Origin: Lama guanicoe
Lineage: Eukaryota
DNA length: 64,000 nt
NCBI GenBank assembly: GCA_013239625.1
Contig: MU054571.1
Coordinates: forward strand, 1,185,699 to 1,249,698
Direction of reading: 5' to 3'
In this document: piece by piece, positions 11,179 through 23,945 of the stretch
How positions within the stretch are numbered: position 1 is the first letter of the stretch
Layout of the letters: each line of letters starts with the position of its first letter
The notes under the pieces: model-generated
What the model was told of the DNA's origin: nothing
Databases searched by the model: none
Seen by the model: the letters and a program-made list of their open reading frames with translations, nothing else
Made by a program: the position numbers and the translations under genes

Positions 11179-13159
11179 CCTGAACTGGAGAGCCTTGATC
11201 TCAGCTCATAGACCAGAAATAGCTCTTGAAACTCAGAGAAGCTGATCAGCTGTTGCAACAGGCCCGGCCAGCAGCGACTTCAAGTGCAGTGAGAATTGGT
11301 CACATTGTCTTTCAGCTCATTTTACAGAGAAACTAAAAATGCAGCAGCACCCTCCTGAACTGGCTACAACAAATACAGAACTGAATGGGTGAACACTTTC
11401 TAACTCTAGGCTTTGGGTTATAAAAGAACTCAAAACCACTGATAAAGCTCAGACATCAAACACTCAAAAAGGAAGCAACATACGTATATACGTACAGACA
11501 TTAACGTATAGACGTTAAACGTTACTGTGTACGTATAAACATTAGACAGCATGCAATAAAGCCACGTGTCCCTTCACAAGTTTACAAGTTGTGAAGACAT
11601 CTGTGGATTTCTTCCCAAGTCCAATAAGAAAATTTCCAATAGAAAATGAGTCATCGGAAGAAAGAATTGCGCTGGAAGTAATTTCTCCAAAACAACACAA
11701 ATGTTTTGTCTTAAAACCAAATATCATGCTGTGAACGGATGGATCTGTCTTCCGATGGATCTCAGGTTACTCAATTCACCCAAAAACCAGAAGAAACTTA
11801 AGTAAGGGGTGGGGGGAAGAACTACAAAGCACAACCACTTCTTAAAAGGCTATTTGTATTTTTTAGATATTTGAACTAATAGCACAATCCTGCTTACACA
11901 AATACTTAAAATTGCCAGTGTCCCTGTTGTTGGGAAGAATAGCAGAGCATCTTAATCGTTCATCGAAACTTCAATAGAAAGCACAAAGCTCAGAACTCTG
12001 GGCGGGGACAGAAGCTCGGTGCTGCCCGCGGGGGCAGGCACCTGGGTGTCAGTTCTCAGTCCACCAGCTGCATCAGTCAGCGGAGGCCTCGAGAAGCAGG
12101 CTCTGAATTCCTGTTACTAATTAACCCTGCAGGACAATGCCTCTTTCTAAACAGACTCCTGCGGCCAGGTGAACGATGGCAGATACCCTGGGCAGCCATA
12201 ATGATTAAACACTGGCTTTCTGACTGTTTTGCATGAGGGTTAAAGACAATTTGTCTAAGCAAAATTTTTTGCCTCCAGATGACAAACAGAGCTTCACAGC
12301 ATGACTCCGGTTTCTTAATTTCCATCCCGGCCCTCATCTTATTTTTGTCTCTTTGACAAATTTTGCTTTTCACTCCTTTTTAATTTTATTTGGTCTTGCT
12401 TTATATATTTATAGAAGCTGCTCTGAACTTCTCCTGGAGCACGAAGGATAAAAATAAATAAAGCCATATGTAAAGCAGCTGACTACTGGGGTTCCTTTTA
12501 AGAAAAGATAGGAGGAGGCAATGAGTCACTGTTAGTGCAACAGTGCAGTTGTGTTTTTCTCCCTGAAAAAGACGCCCACAAAATAAACATCTAACTTTTG
12601 GATGCCTCTGAGGTTGCTGGTCCCGGCTTCCCTGCAGCAACCAAACTGGCCACGATCAATGCACCGGAGTCTAACAGAATCTTTCTTCTCAGCTGCCCCT
12701 TTCATACACGCTTTTGGTCTTTGTTCAAATTCCAGTTAATTCTACCTGTGCAGTCTGTTTAAATAATTTCCTCAATTTTTTTTTTTTTTGCTATCCGCTG
12801 AAATCAGGAAACTCTTACCACACACACACTTCTTTCCAAAAACAGGACAGTAATCAGAACTGAGTAGATTTAATGATAAAGCCACGAAGAAAATGGAGCA
12901 TCACATATTATACATTGAAATAAGAACTAGGCTTATCCTTGACTTAGACCTCTCTGAGATAAGTCATAAGTAATTATTTCTCATTTGCTTTGACTTCACA
13001 CTAGTATTATTATACCCATATGGTGGTCTACCATTCTTTCTAATGATTTCACTGTATCGGCTTTAAGATGAGTTTTAATCGGGCTTTTGCAGGCTAACCT
13101 AGAAACCATGACTATTTGTGATATTGAGCTTGAGAGAAACTGCATTCGTGTTTCTATGG

Positions 13160-14983
13160 CACCTATTTTACAATAACAATGAACATGTGGAAATCAAGAA
13201 ACATAATGCCTTTTACAATCATTACAAAAATATTTAGATGTAAGCCTAATGAAACATATACAGGATCCATATGCTGAAAATCATAAAGTGCTGATAAGAG
13301 ACATCCAAGGAGACCTAAATAAACAAATAGATATACAGTGCTCACGAGCTGAATGAGTCAACATAGCATAGACGTCAGTTCTCTCCAGAACGATCCACAG
13401 ACTTAATGCAATTCCTATCAACATGCCAGGTAGGATTTTTGGTAGATAAAGACAAGCTTATTTTAAAATTTATAGGCAGAGGTACAGGACTTAGAAGAGC
13501 TAAAACAATCTTGAAAAAGAAGAATAAAGGGAGAGTAATCAATCTATCCCATATTAAGGCTGATTTTATAGCTATAATAATGGTATAATACAGAGAACCC
13601 CAAAACAGACCATACAAATAGACCCAATTGATTTTTGACACAAAGTGCCATTTCAACAAGTGGTGCTGGAACAAATGGAGGGGCATAGATCAAAACCATC
13701 CCCCCAAATAAACAAACCAAAAAAACCCCCAAAACCCTTAGATCTATTCCTTACACCTTGTACAAATTTTAATCAAAATGGATCATGAAGTCAAGTGTAA
13801 AATATAAAACTATGATACTTTTAGAAAAAAGGAGAAAATCTTCAGGATCTAGACAAAGAATTCTTATACTTGACACAAAAAGCATGACTTATACAAGGGA
13901 AAAATGACAAATTAGACTCATCAAAAGGTAAAACTTCTGCTTTGCAACAGACCATGCTGAGGATGAAAAGACATGCTAGGGAGTGGGAGAAAATATTTGC
14001 AAGTCACGTAACTGAAAAAGGATACATCTATAGACCATAGAAAGAACTCTCAAACTCCAACAGCAAAAACCCCCAAACAGTTCAATTAAAAAATGGGTAA
14101 AAGACATGAAGAGACATTTCCCCTAAGTAATAAGAAAGGCAGATGGCAAATAAGCACAAGAAGAGACGCTCAACATCCTTAGCCTTTAGAGAAATGCAAA
14201 TTAACACAGCCATGAGCTAGCCCTACAATCTCTCCGAATGGCAAAACTGAAAAATAGTGACCACACTGAACGCTGGCAAGGAGAACCTGGATCGCACATT
14301 GCTGGTAGGAATATAAAGCAGCACAGTTACTCTGGGAAGGAGTTTGGCAGTTTCTTCAAAAACTAAACCTGCCAAGCCAAGCTACCACATGGCCCAGCAA
14401 TTGTACTCCTGGACACCTATTCCAGAGAAATGGAAACTTATTTTCATACAAAATCCTGAATACAAATGTTCACAGTAGCTTTATTCACAATAGCTCAAAC
14501 CTGGAAACAACCCAGACGTCTTCAGTGGATGAATAGTTAAATTAATCATGGTGAACTTAGACCGTGGATGACTACCCAGCAATAAAATGGGACCATATAT
14601 TGATACAGGCAGCAACCTGGATGAATATCCAGGGAATTATGCTGAGTCAGAGAATGCCAATCCCAAAAGCTTAGACGCCACATGATTGCACTTGTACACC
14701 ACTCTCTGAAAGATAACACTGCAGACATGTAAGACGCACCAGAGGTTAGACATGGAGGTGAAGTGGCTGTAAGAAGGCTGCACGAGGAACCCCTGTTACA
14801 GAACTCTTCCGCTGATGGTGTCCATGCCGACATCTAGTTAGTCCTGCAAGATGTTACCACTGGGGGAGAATGGGTGAAAGGTATACAGGCTCCCTCTCTT
14901 TAATATTTCTTACAACTGCATTTGAATCTATAATTATCCCAAATTATATCTCAAAATTAAAAGTTTAAACATTAAAAAAAAAA
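13160..14983 (+). mobile_element. Old L1 (L1MC-like), decayed ORF2 3' part plus 3'UTR
   Basis: Decayed ORF2 (DKLILKFIGRGTGLRRAKTILKKKNK in ORF track), caattgatttttgacacaaagtgcc, gaaatgcaaatt, L1MC-type 3'UTR, A-tail ending 14983. Confidence 0.93.
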
Positions 14984-15789
14984 TCGACCTCAAGTGAAAC
15001 TTCCAAATGCAATTCCATTTGTAACTGGGTCACTTAACTGTGACTGTACTTTGAGTAAATCTGCGTAGATTTGCCTGTCCTTGCATCTTAAGAAATTCAA
15101 ATTGGAACTGCTTCTTTTTCCCTACAAGGAGGGAAGTCATGGCTCCAAAGGAAAATATTTGATACCAAATAAAAAATGGAAAGTACTGTTTTCCAATTAA
15201 ACATGTTTACTTGGCAGGTTGTCTGGATACTGAAAAGAGCATCTCTGATACCTGAGGCCTATCTAATAATAGAACAGGATCCCACCCCTGAATTTTCAGA
15301 AGTTCAGTTCACTGTCTAACATGATAAGTTTTCAAACCCTGATCAGTATCCGAGAAACAAGAAAATAACTCTTTAGAGAGGGAGGAGACTGGATCATCTT
15401 GAAGTTTAATCCTACTACAAGTACCATAGAAAGCAGATTTTTAAATTCTAGATTTCTGTAATCTTGGAGGGCTCATTCTTGAAAATAAAAGGACAAGATC
15501 AAAGAAAGTTCAGCTTTCCCAGTGGCAGAAGGGGTCGACTGAGGATGCTTCAGTGCCCTGTATCCTCTCAGATGCCATAACATAAAACTTAGATCCTAAC
15601 ATCCTGAACTGACCCTCCTGAGGGTCAGACTTACACTGGACTGTCATGTTAGAAAGGATCAGCCTGGGGAGCAGCACGCCACACACAGGTGAGATGCAGT
15701 TTCTCTTCAGTTCCCTGAAGGAGAGCGACTCAAGTCCAGTGACACCTCAGCTCCAGCCTCTCCCATCCCTGCGCCCAAGTCCCACCAGC

Positions 15790-16440
15790 CCACCTCCTCC
15801 TCCAGGCAGGTGCCCACCTTACTTCTCTCTTCCTCACCACCAATCTTCCACGACCACTGCCTCCTCCCCCCAGTTCCCTTTGGGCCCTCATCAGTTTTCC
15901 AGTGGGATCCCAGCTCCCTCCAATCCCCAGGAATGGCTCCGCCAACAACGGACTCTCCCAGTGAACTTGGCCTCTCCGTGGCGGCTGACACTTTCTGGCC
16001 ACGCCCACTGTCATGAAGCCTTCCTGTCTACCTCTCCCAGGGTGACTTCTGCTACACTTGTGGCAGAATTCAGGAAGGCACTGATTCCCCAGAGTTCAGA
16101 AAACCAGGATCTCTCACAGGAACATGAAACCCGGACAAACAATATGACATTCCTCCTCTCCCACCGTGATTTTTGCTCCCGTTTTCCTGACTGACCACAG
16201 CCTCTCCACCAGCCCCTCCTCGCTGGAGCTCACCCCTCACAACCCAGCACCACCACGTCTCGCTGTGTCTCTCTCCCACTTTCCTGTTCTTGCTCTCAAC
16301 TGCCTCTTGTCAGGACAATTGCAAGCGCCTCCAAGGGCCTCCTCCACTGACCTCTCCCCGAATCCATCCTCCCCGCTCCTTCCAGAAGGCATTTTAAACA
16401 CCCTTGCCCAGCCACATCCCTCCCAGTGGAAATCAGCTCC
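15790..16440 (+). mobile_element. L2 relic
   Basis: Pyrimidine-rich decayed L2 ORF2-like text (tgaccacagcctctcc, ctcctccactgacctctcccc). Confidence 0.5.
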
Positions 16441-16939
16441 ACCAGTGTTCTCAGCACGGACCTGCGCGTGCTGCCTCCCTGGGCAGCCAGTTAATTCTCA
16501 TTGACGGGAGCGCCTGTGACCAACTTTTTGAATTAAATGTTCTTGAAGAGTAAATGTAAGAATCTATAAAAGTCACTGTCACCCCGCTGCATGCAGATAT
16601 TCATCAGGAGCAGAGAGAAGCAGCCGAGTTACAAAGAAATAACCCAGAGATGATCTCCTGTGGACCAAGATCTGCGGTGACGGATGTTTGACTGATAGTT
16701 GTATGACGATTAGGAAGGACTTTCATGTCTGGCTTTGTTACAAACCTGACATTTGGACACACCCAGGAGGATGTGACATATATGGATGTCACGCAGCATA
16801 CACGTGCTGATGACAAAGGATGGAGAATGGCTGGCCTGTTGGGTAAATTCCAAAGTCCTACTACCTCTGTGACCTGGCCCCTTCCTACCTCTTTAGTCGT
16901 ACATCCCATCATCCCTGCCCCCAGGAGGCGACCGTGATG

Positions 16940-17190
16940 GTTGCTGTGTCCAGGTGCTCTCTCTGGTCAGAATGCCTTCCTTTCCTTGTCACTTGGAAAA
17001 CCCCTGATCATCCTTTAAGACTCAGCTGACCTTATTTCTCTGATGAGCCCTTCTCTGACATGGTCTGTGATTTCCAACCTCTAGGCTGTTTGTGCTTGGA
17101 AGGCAGAGTCTCCATCAGTCTCTCTATCCACAGGACCCAGCAGCATCAGCCACTCTGCCTATGCAGTGAATGTCGGTGACACGCAGTTAA
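16940..17190 (+). mobile_element. L2 3' region relic
   Basis: agaatgccttcctttcc...atcctttaagactcagctg...cttggaaggcagagtct. Confidence 0.6.
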
Positions 17191-19611
17191 TCCTCTTTTT
17201 CTCATTTTAATTCAGCAACAAGTCTCCTCTTTTTTTTTTTTTCAAGTTTGACTAATCAATTCTTAACACCACTTTGAGGTTACAAAGTGATAAGAGTGAC
17301 AAGGTGGCTCCTCAGTTTATAAGCAGAAAGGAAATTAGACGGAGCCAGCTCACTCGCTTTTGGGCAGAAGCCTCCCTTTCCGGCTTTCCGTCCGTGGAGC
17401 ACCTAATTCAGAGGGAAGGATGATGTCAGAGCATCAGTCACTGCCAGCACATGGAAAGCAAGGCAACAGAGCTCTCTGCCTAACTACTTCCACCTTATGA
17501 AAAGTCCAGCTGTCTCAATGGCTATGAACTTGACTATCGTCAGCGGTATGTCTTCAAGCTGCTCATTTCCAGAGGATGAAAACACGAGGCACCAGGATCT
17601 GAATTCCGTCTTAAATTCTGCTATGACAGGACCAGGCTTGGAATCATTTTCTTTTTCTTTTTCTCCATAAACTTAGGATTTTGACATCTGTGAGCAAAGA
17701 ATAAGACATATCTGACAGTCTCCTAATACACCTACACTGGAACACCGCTCTGAGTCGGGGTTTGTGGCTGTCTGCACCTTGGAGAAATAACTGTTGGGTA
17801 GATTTTTAAAAAGCAAAAAAAGAGGGATATTACTTTTGGTTAACAATTATTTTTCAACCAATAAATCTCCCTCCCCCAGATAATCTAAGTCATTCAATCA
17901 ATGTCTGTCTGTCTGTCTGTCTTGCTCAGAGCTTAGAGAGAACTTCACTGGCTTTGGATGACAATATTTCGAGCTCCAAGGTCACGTGTAGGTCACTGGC
18001 TTGAACAACAGAAGAGTTAGCCAACTCTTCTCTCCCAGGCTGCTGCTTCAGGAGTGATGGGTGTGGACCAGCGCTCAGCATTAACAGAACTGCTTGGCTG
18101 CATGGTCCAAATGAAATATGAGTTTGCCAGGGGTGGTGGGGGCGGGGGGCTGGACCATGTTTTATGAGTCCTGGCTTCAGGGACACAGATTCTCACATGG
18201 CTGGACTATCCTCACATTCCTGGACATCACACTCAGAGTCTTGAGAGTAATCAGAGATGTATAAAGTATGACATGCTCGATTTTGGTTGCTGCGGATCTA
18301 AAAGGATGGGATTTCTGTCAATTCATTGCTTCCCGGAACCACAGTGGTTGCTTCTCCAGAGGGAACATGAGCTTAAAGAGATACAGCTGGTGGAGTGAGG
18401 CTCTCCTCCTCCGGAGAAGAACCAGGAGGCTCTTTCCTTTCCATGCTGCGGTTGACACCGCAAAGCTCAGCACCAAAAGGGGCTCGCTTGGCTGATTCCA
18501 CACACCAAAAGGGAACGTCCGTAAAAGTCACCTTCACCCTCTTCCATGTCGATATTCATCAGGAGGAGGGAAAAGCGATCCAGTTACAAATAAATACTTG
18601 GGAAATTGCACTTAACCCAGAGGCGATCTTCCGTGGACCAAGCTCTGCAGAGATGGATGTACAATGGCTCCTGCATGAAAACACGGAGTCCCTGTGATTC
18701 TCCTTGGGGATCACCGTGTACAGGTGCAGATATGTACCATGTTACAAAAGAGAATCAGGAGCAACTTCCAGACCTCAGAGACATGCTGGGAACAGGAAGG
18801 ACCTGGGAGCTGTCTTGGCATCCATGGTCTCCCAGCCTCCACAAACCCAGAAACCCCATGCAGCCTTGGTTGGAAGCCCAGTGGATGAACCCTCCAGCCC
18901 GACAGGCTTCCATTATCATGTTCATTCTCATTTTCCTCCAGAAACAATTATAAGTGATGGCAGCACACTTGCGCCAACCCACAAAAGCCTAATAAACCTG
19001 TAATAAAGTGGAACCACAGTACTGATAATCCTATAAAACTGAACCACTATGTGCTGTAGCTTAAAATGTGTCTCTGGCTCCAGCTCCCACTGGGAACCCT
19101 AAAACACAGCTCCCTGGCACGAGTGGCGACTTCTCATCCTGAGGTTTAGACAGTGACTCTTGTTTGGGGGAGCACAGGCTACAACACAGAGGAGGAGGCA
19201 CCATCTGAAAATCTAAGTGGGGGACGACAGTGTTAGGGCGTGGAGTCAACCATGGAGGGGCACGGTGGGTGGGGGGCTGAGTTCAGGAGGATGGGTAGTT
19301 CCTGGGGTAGGTGGACAATGCTAAGAAAACAAAAGTTCCAGAAAAGAGAGTAATGGGAAGATACAGGAATCGATTCAGTTTAGCTTTATGAAACATAAAC
19401 TTCATTTTCCGATATTTCTCTTTTCACAGCTTCCGGTGTAAACTTGGTCTCAGTCCAGAGACCAAAAAATTGCTGGTCTAGACTGACTCCTCTGGTCCCA
19501 TTTGGGTTTAAAAAAAAAAAAACTGAGATTCTGTGATTCTGAGGCAAAGCATTGTGTCATGGTCACCAAAAACCATGGAGATAATTAAGAGAAAGAAAAG
19601 AAAGAAATGAG

Positions 19612-19730
19612 GGTGTAATAAAGAATTGAGAGAAAATGAATATGTGTATGTATGTGCATGACTGGGACATGATTCTGTACACCAGAAATTGACACAGTGT
19701 AAATGACTATACTTGAGTTAAAAGAAAAAG
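19612..19730 (+). mobile_element. Very short 5'-truncated L1 3'UTR tail
   Basis: gaatatgtgtatgtatgtgcatgactgggac...tgtacaccagaaattgacacagtgtaaatgactatactt then A-rich; same family as 30561-30978. Confidence 0.85.
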
Positions 19731-20154
19731 AATGGAGGGGGATTCAAGGAGAGATAAAGGATGTTAACGCAAGGCTTTCCGGAGCGACATATACATGTCA
19801 GACAGCAGGACAGTGAACAAAGATAAAAATACTCGATCACACCTCAGCTCCCTTGAATGGAGACTCCATTTAGAGCAGGCAATCCCTGCAGAGACCTGAA
19901 GTCCTCTGTTGGACCTGTTACAGCAGAGTGGACCGCTTACTGGCATCTGTGAGGAATTCCCTTCAGAGGATCTGCTAAAAATGCCTGGGAGCCTCATGAG
20001 TGGGATGGAGAGCGTGGGTCACGTCAGAGGGAAGAGAGGAAGTCTATCAGCTAATACATCCTCAAGGACTACGCTTACACGGGCCTTCTTTCAGGTTCCC
20101 CTAAGTCCTGGCACGCCTTTCTCCAGCCCACATTCCAGCCCAGCGCCACGGCCC

Positions 20155-20285
20155 TGAGCATGTGAATTCCGTGAGGATGGAGGTGTTCGCCTGTTTTGTG
20201 TACTGTTGCTCATCTCCAGGGCCCAGAAGAGTGTCTAGGGCGTAGTAAGTGCTCACTGAATATTTGTTGAAGGCCAGCAATGAAT
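20155..20285 (+). mobile_element. L2 3' terminus
   Basis: tgtgaattccgtgagga...ccagggcccagaagagtgtctagggcgtagtaagtgctcactgaatatttgttgaa. Confidence 0.75.
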
Positions 20286-21309
20286 AATAGCTATTTTATA
20301 GGGAGAGCACCAAACACAAGAGTATTTTTAAAGTCAAATGTTTTCCTGACCCCTCACTGCTTCCTCTGACCCCACGGCCTGTGGCCATGCTCCCTGCTGG
20401 TTTGGGGTGAACCATTCCACCAGCCTGAATCAGTTTACCTCCTTTCCAAATACCTCTTTGGGGAAGGTTTTCCTCACTAGGCAGTGCCTGATTTCAATAA
20501 AGGGCTCCCCTGCAAAACCCTGTGTGCATTCTGATCTTTTAACATCCCTCATTAAAATCCCCGGCACCCAGGCCAGCACAGGGAGGCCCTGTGCATGGGC
20601 CTTTGTGGTCAGCTAATTGCGTGGTGAGCCCCGAAGGCAGGATCACTTTCCAGAGTCAGACTCAGAACAGGTCCTCCCTCAATGTTTTCTGACGATGGCC
20701 AAGTGGGCAAACTCAGGACTTTCTCCCCAGAAACAAGATACCACTTTCTAGACCAACAAGTATTAATTCAAATCCCTGATGGGCCAGGATCTGAAAATTA
20801 CAGCCATCTATCTAATCGTGTAGAGGACAGAGTATGAATCATCATTACACGGTCTGACAAAGAGCAAAGTGATTAATCCCAGGCTGCACAGAGGCGGAGG
20901 GCCATGGCCATGGCTCCCCGGGGCTCTGAACCAAACAGTGGGACCCACCCTGCCAACATCAGACAGGCAACATCATGGTTTTTATCCCAGTGAGGGGGAA
21001 GCCAGGAACAACAGGGCCGTGTTCTCAGGACAACACTGCAAAGCTCTTTATTCTTGGGATAATTCTGTGACCAATGGGGCCAGAGGAGCGGGGCTCAGGG
21101 GCTCAAAATTTTATCTGATCTGTCTCCTGGCTCTGCTGTAAACTGCTAAAGCTCTGAGGCTTACTTCTCAGTAGGAACTGGGAGGGTTACAGAACAACAG
21201 CATCTCAGAAAGTGACCAGAAACCCCAATCTTCTCCAGGGGAAAACAAAAGGATACGCACAGGATGAGCAGGGCCAGGGGCACCACCACCACCCAGGCTG
21301 CGCTCCTAC

Positions 21310-21355
21310 CCGCGGCACAGAGCGCACTGCTCGGCAAGGGCGCCCCGACCTTCTC
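21310..21355 (-). other. Candidate 46-nt exon of minus-strand host gene
   Basis: gttctctttgcgtttcag|GAGAAGGTCGGGGCGCCCTTGCCGAGCAGTGCGCTCTGTGCCGCGG|gtagga; strong acceptor, CpG-rich against a CpG-poor background. Confidence 0.35.
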
Positions 21356-23369
21356 CTGAAACGCAAAGAGAACCCCGAAGCTCCCCATCTCCCATCAGGA
21401 AACCACAGGCCCCGTGCCCTGGGAAAGTTGGTCAGGGCGCCCGCAGCCCTGAGCCATCCCTCGGCTGTATTTTTTTTCCTTTTTCTTTTGCACAGCTGTG
21501 TTCAATTTTCTGTCCTTGGGGTTTTTAAAGGAACATTTATTCTAAGGCCAGGATTCTCAAGTTTTACGGTTACACAACTCCCTCCCAGGGCCAAAGAATG
21601 TCTGAAAAGCCTACACCCGGCAAAGAGAGCGAGAGTCTCCAAACGGAAGTGACATACAAAGTTAAGACTCGTTCCAGGTTATATGCAACTTTTTACCTGG
21701 TTGTGCTGTACCTTCCATTTGCCCTTCAAGATGTCTGCTGCCTGTTTTTCATGGAAATAAAAGTGGGGTGTGTGCGTGTGTCTGTGTGTGTTTGGGAGCA
21801 GGTAAGGAACCAAGAAGTCCAAGGGTGTATTTTGTTTTCTTCCATGATTACTGTTTCCTGTTCAATGGTAAATTTTATTCAAAATAAGGCCTCCATCTTA
21901 AATTGGATGGAATGAAAGATCACAAAGGAAGATTCCTTTAGAAATGTCATGTGCTTTTTTTTTCCTACTTAGAGAGCCAGACAGTACTAGGTTCTTGGGA
22001 GTAAACAGCAGTTCAAAAAAAAAAATACCCTAGATTTTTACTTAAATAGTCAAATGAGCGACATTTTTAGTTGAAATGCTCTAAGTTCATGATCAACATC
22101 CCAAAAGCACACCCCCCAACAAAAAGAGCAAGAGGCCCCCATCAGCCCATGAAATGCTAACCAGGTTTCTAAATGCAGCCAAATGGAGCTATTTCGGAAA
22201 ATCCAGAAGTCCCTTACCTGCCCCCTTCCCTTCCTCTCTCCTCCTGTCTCCTAGACGCCCACATCTCAGAGAAATCTGCCAGAAGCCTCCAACTATCCCG
22301 ATTTATGAATATCAATCACTTTGTTTGCCCCGGGCATCTCCCAAAGGCCAGCCGCCGGCTTCATGCACAGCCCTCTGATCTGACAGACAAAGCGAAGTTC
22401 AGGCCTTGGGGCCTGGGGCCTGTGGCTCAGCGCGCACCACCCACACGAGATGCCTGGCTACAACCCAAGACAAACAAGACAAGTTTGAGAAACAAAGTAA
22501 TTTGCACAGATTCACCCTGGAGCTGAGAAAACTGAATCTGGGCTCCTCCGTGGAGGGCTCTGAAATGCTGTCAGGAGCCACCTGCTACGCACGGGCCAGT
22601 TCTCTGAAAACAATTAGAAGATGCTGTAAACTCACCTTGAGATGTGGTCATGACGAGAGACCAAGGCGGGCTTCGCTCCAGGAGCCCTCGTGAGCAGCGC
22701 ATGACAAACCTTTCTCTTTCCAACACTTTCCTCTTGCTCTTTTAAGACCAAGCTATCAGAAGTGCCCTTTAGCACAGCCTCAGAGCCCAAGTAACAGGTT
22801 AAGGTTCAAATGATTCCTCCCAGATAACCACACTCTAATTCTCCCATGATTGGAAGTTGCCAGAAGTCAGTGAAAAGTCTCTAAACCTAGGACAGCTGGA
22901 AAAAGCAGATCTGGAGTCAGGGTTGCTTTTAAGCCAATGATTTCCTCCTGGGCAAGAGTCTAGCTTCTAATCAAGCAGGACACCCTTCCAGCAGTGTTTA
23001 CTCATAGTAACAAATGAGAAACCCTGTGGATCCGCGCTCTGGAATAAAGATGTTTCTTTCACAATAAGAACGCTGTCATGAAAGTGACACTGAAAAAAAT
23101 CGTCCCTCAAAACCCTCAAAAACATGTACAAGGAAATACAACCAGACAACAATAACCACATAAAAATAATTTTTTAAACCACACAAACAAGAAAAAATAA
23201 ACCCTCACAAGGAGGCTTGAAGCAGGGCTTGAAAAACCAGGATGTTTCCTAATATCAAGCCACGCCAGTTAGAAAACACGGGGTTTGAAAACTAAGTTTG
23301 ATGACAGGAAACTTATATTCCAGAGTGTGGTTCAGCAGAACCCCGAGAAGCAGCGGCTTAACGGCCCCG

Positions 23370-23945
23370 ACTCTCCTTCATCCCCCTGCATCCACTCCAA
23401 CCTGGAGTCCCCACTGCTGCCCTGCTCTCGTCAAGGTCACGGACAGCATCCACCTTGGCGATTCCAGTGGGCGCTTCCGGCTCAGGGACCCCACCCTCCG
23501 CACTTCCTTTCTCCCTGGCCGGCTGCCTCTTAGATTTCCTTATCCTCTGTCCGCCTCCTCTGGAGTCTCCTTAAACTCTCCCTCTGTTTTCATCCCTTCC
23601 TAGCAATTGACCTATTACCTAAATTTTATCTCTGGTCAGAATTGCTCCTGAGTTCCAGACTCGCATTCAAACTGTCTAACTTAAGCCCTCTACTTGGATA
23701 TTTCACAGGGACCTCAAACTTAAGACGTCTGCAGCAGAACTCTGGAGTCTCAAAGCTGGCCCTCATTAAAAATAAACAAATGAAACAGAAGAGAAAAACA
23801 AAACAAAACCAAGAAAACCCTCCTCCCCCAGTCTTTCCTCTCCTTCTCAGAAGTTCCCGAAATTGAAGAGCCATTTTTCATGCCTCCCTTGTCCTCACTC
23901 ACCATATCTCATCTGTCACCAAGTGCTGACACTTACACCTCTGAG
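23370..23945 (+). mobile_element. L2 relic (5' part, split by L1)
   Basis: ctcgtcaaggtcac...ctcctgagttccagactcgcattcaaactgtcta...tctacttggatatttcacagggacctcaaactta. Confidence 0.8.

Noticed and set aside
13406-13588. ORF resembling L1 ORF2
   Set aside because: Real L1 homology but a decayed, frameshifted relic; reported as a mobile element, not a CDS
15646-16194. 182-aa Pro/Ser-rich ORF
   Set aside because: Translation of a pyrimidine-rich L2 relic; no coding signature
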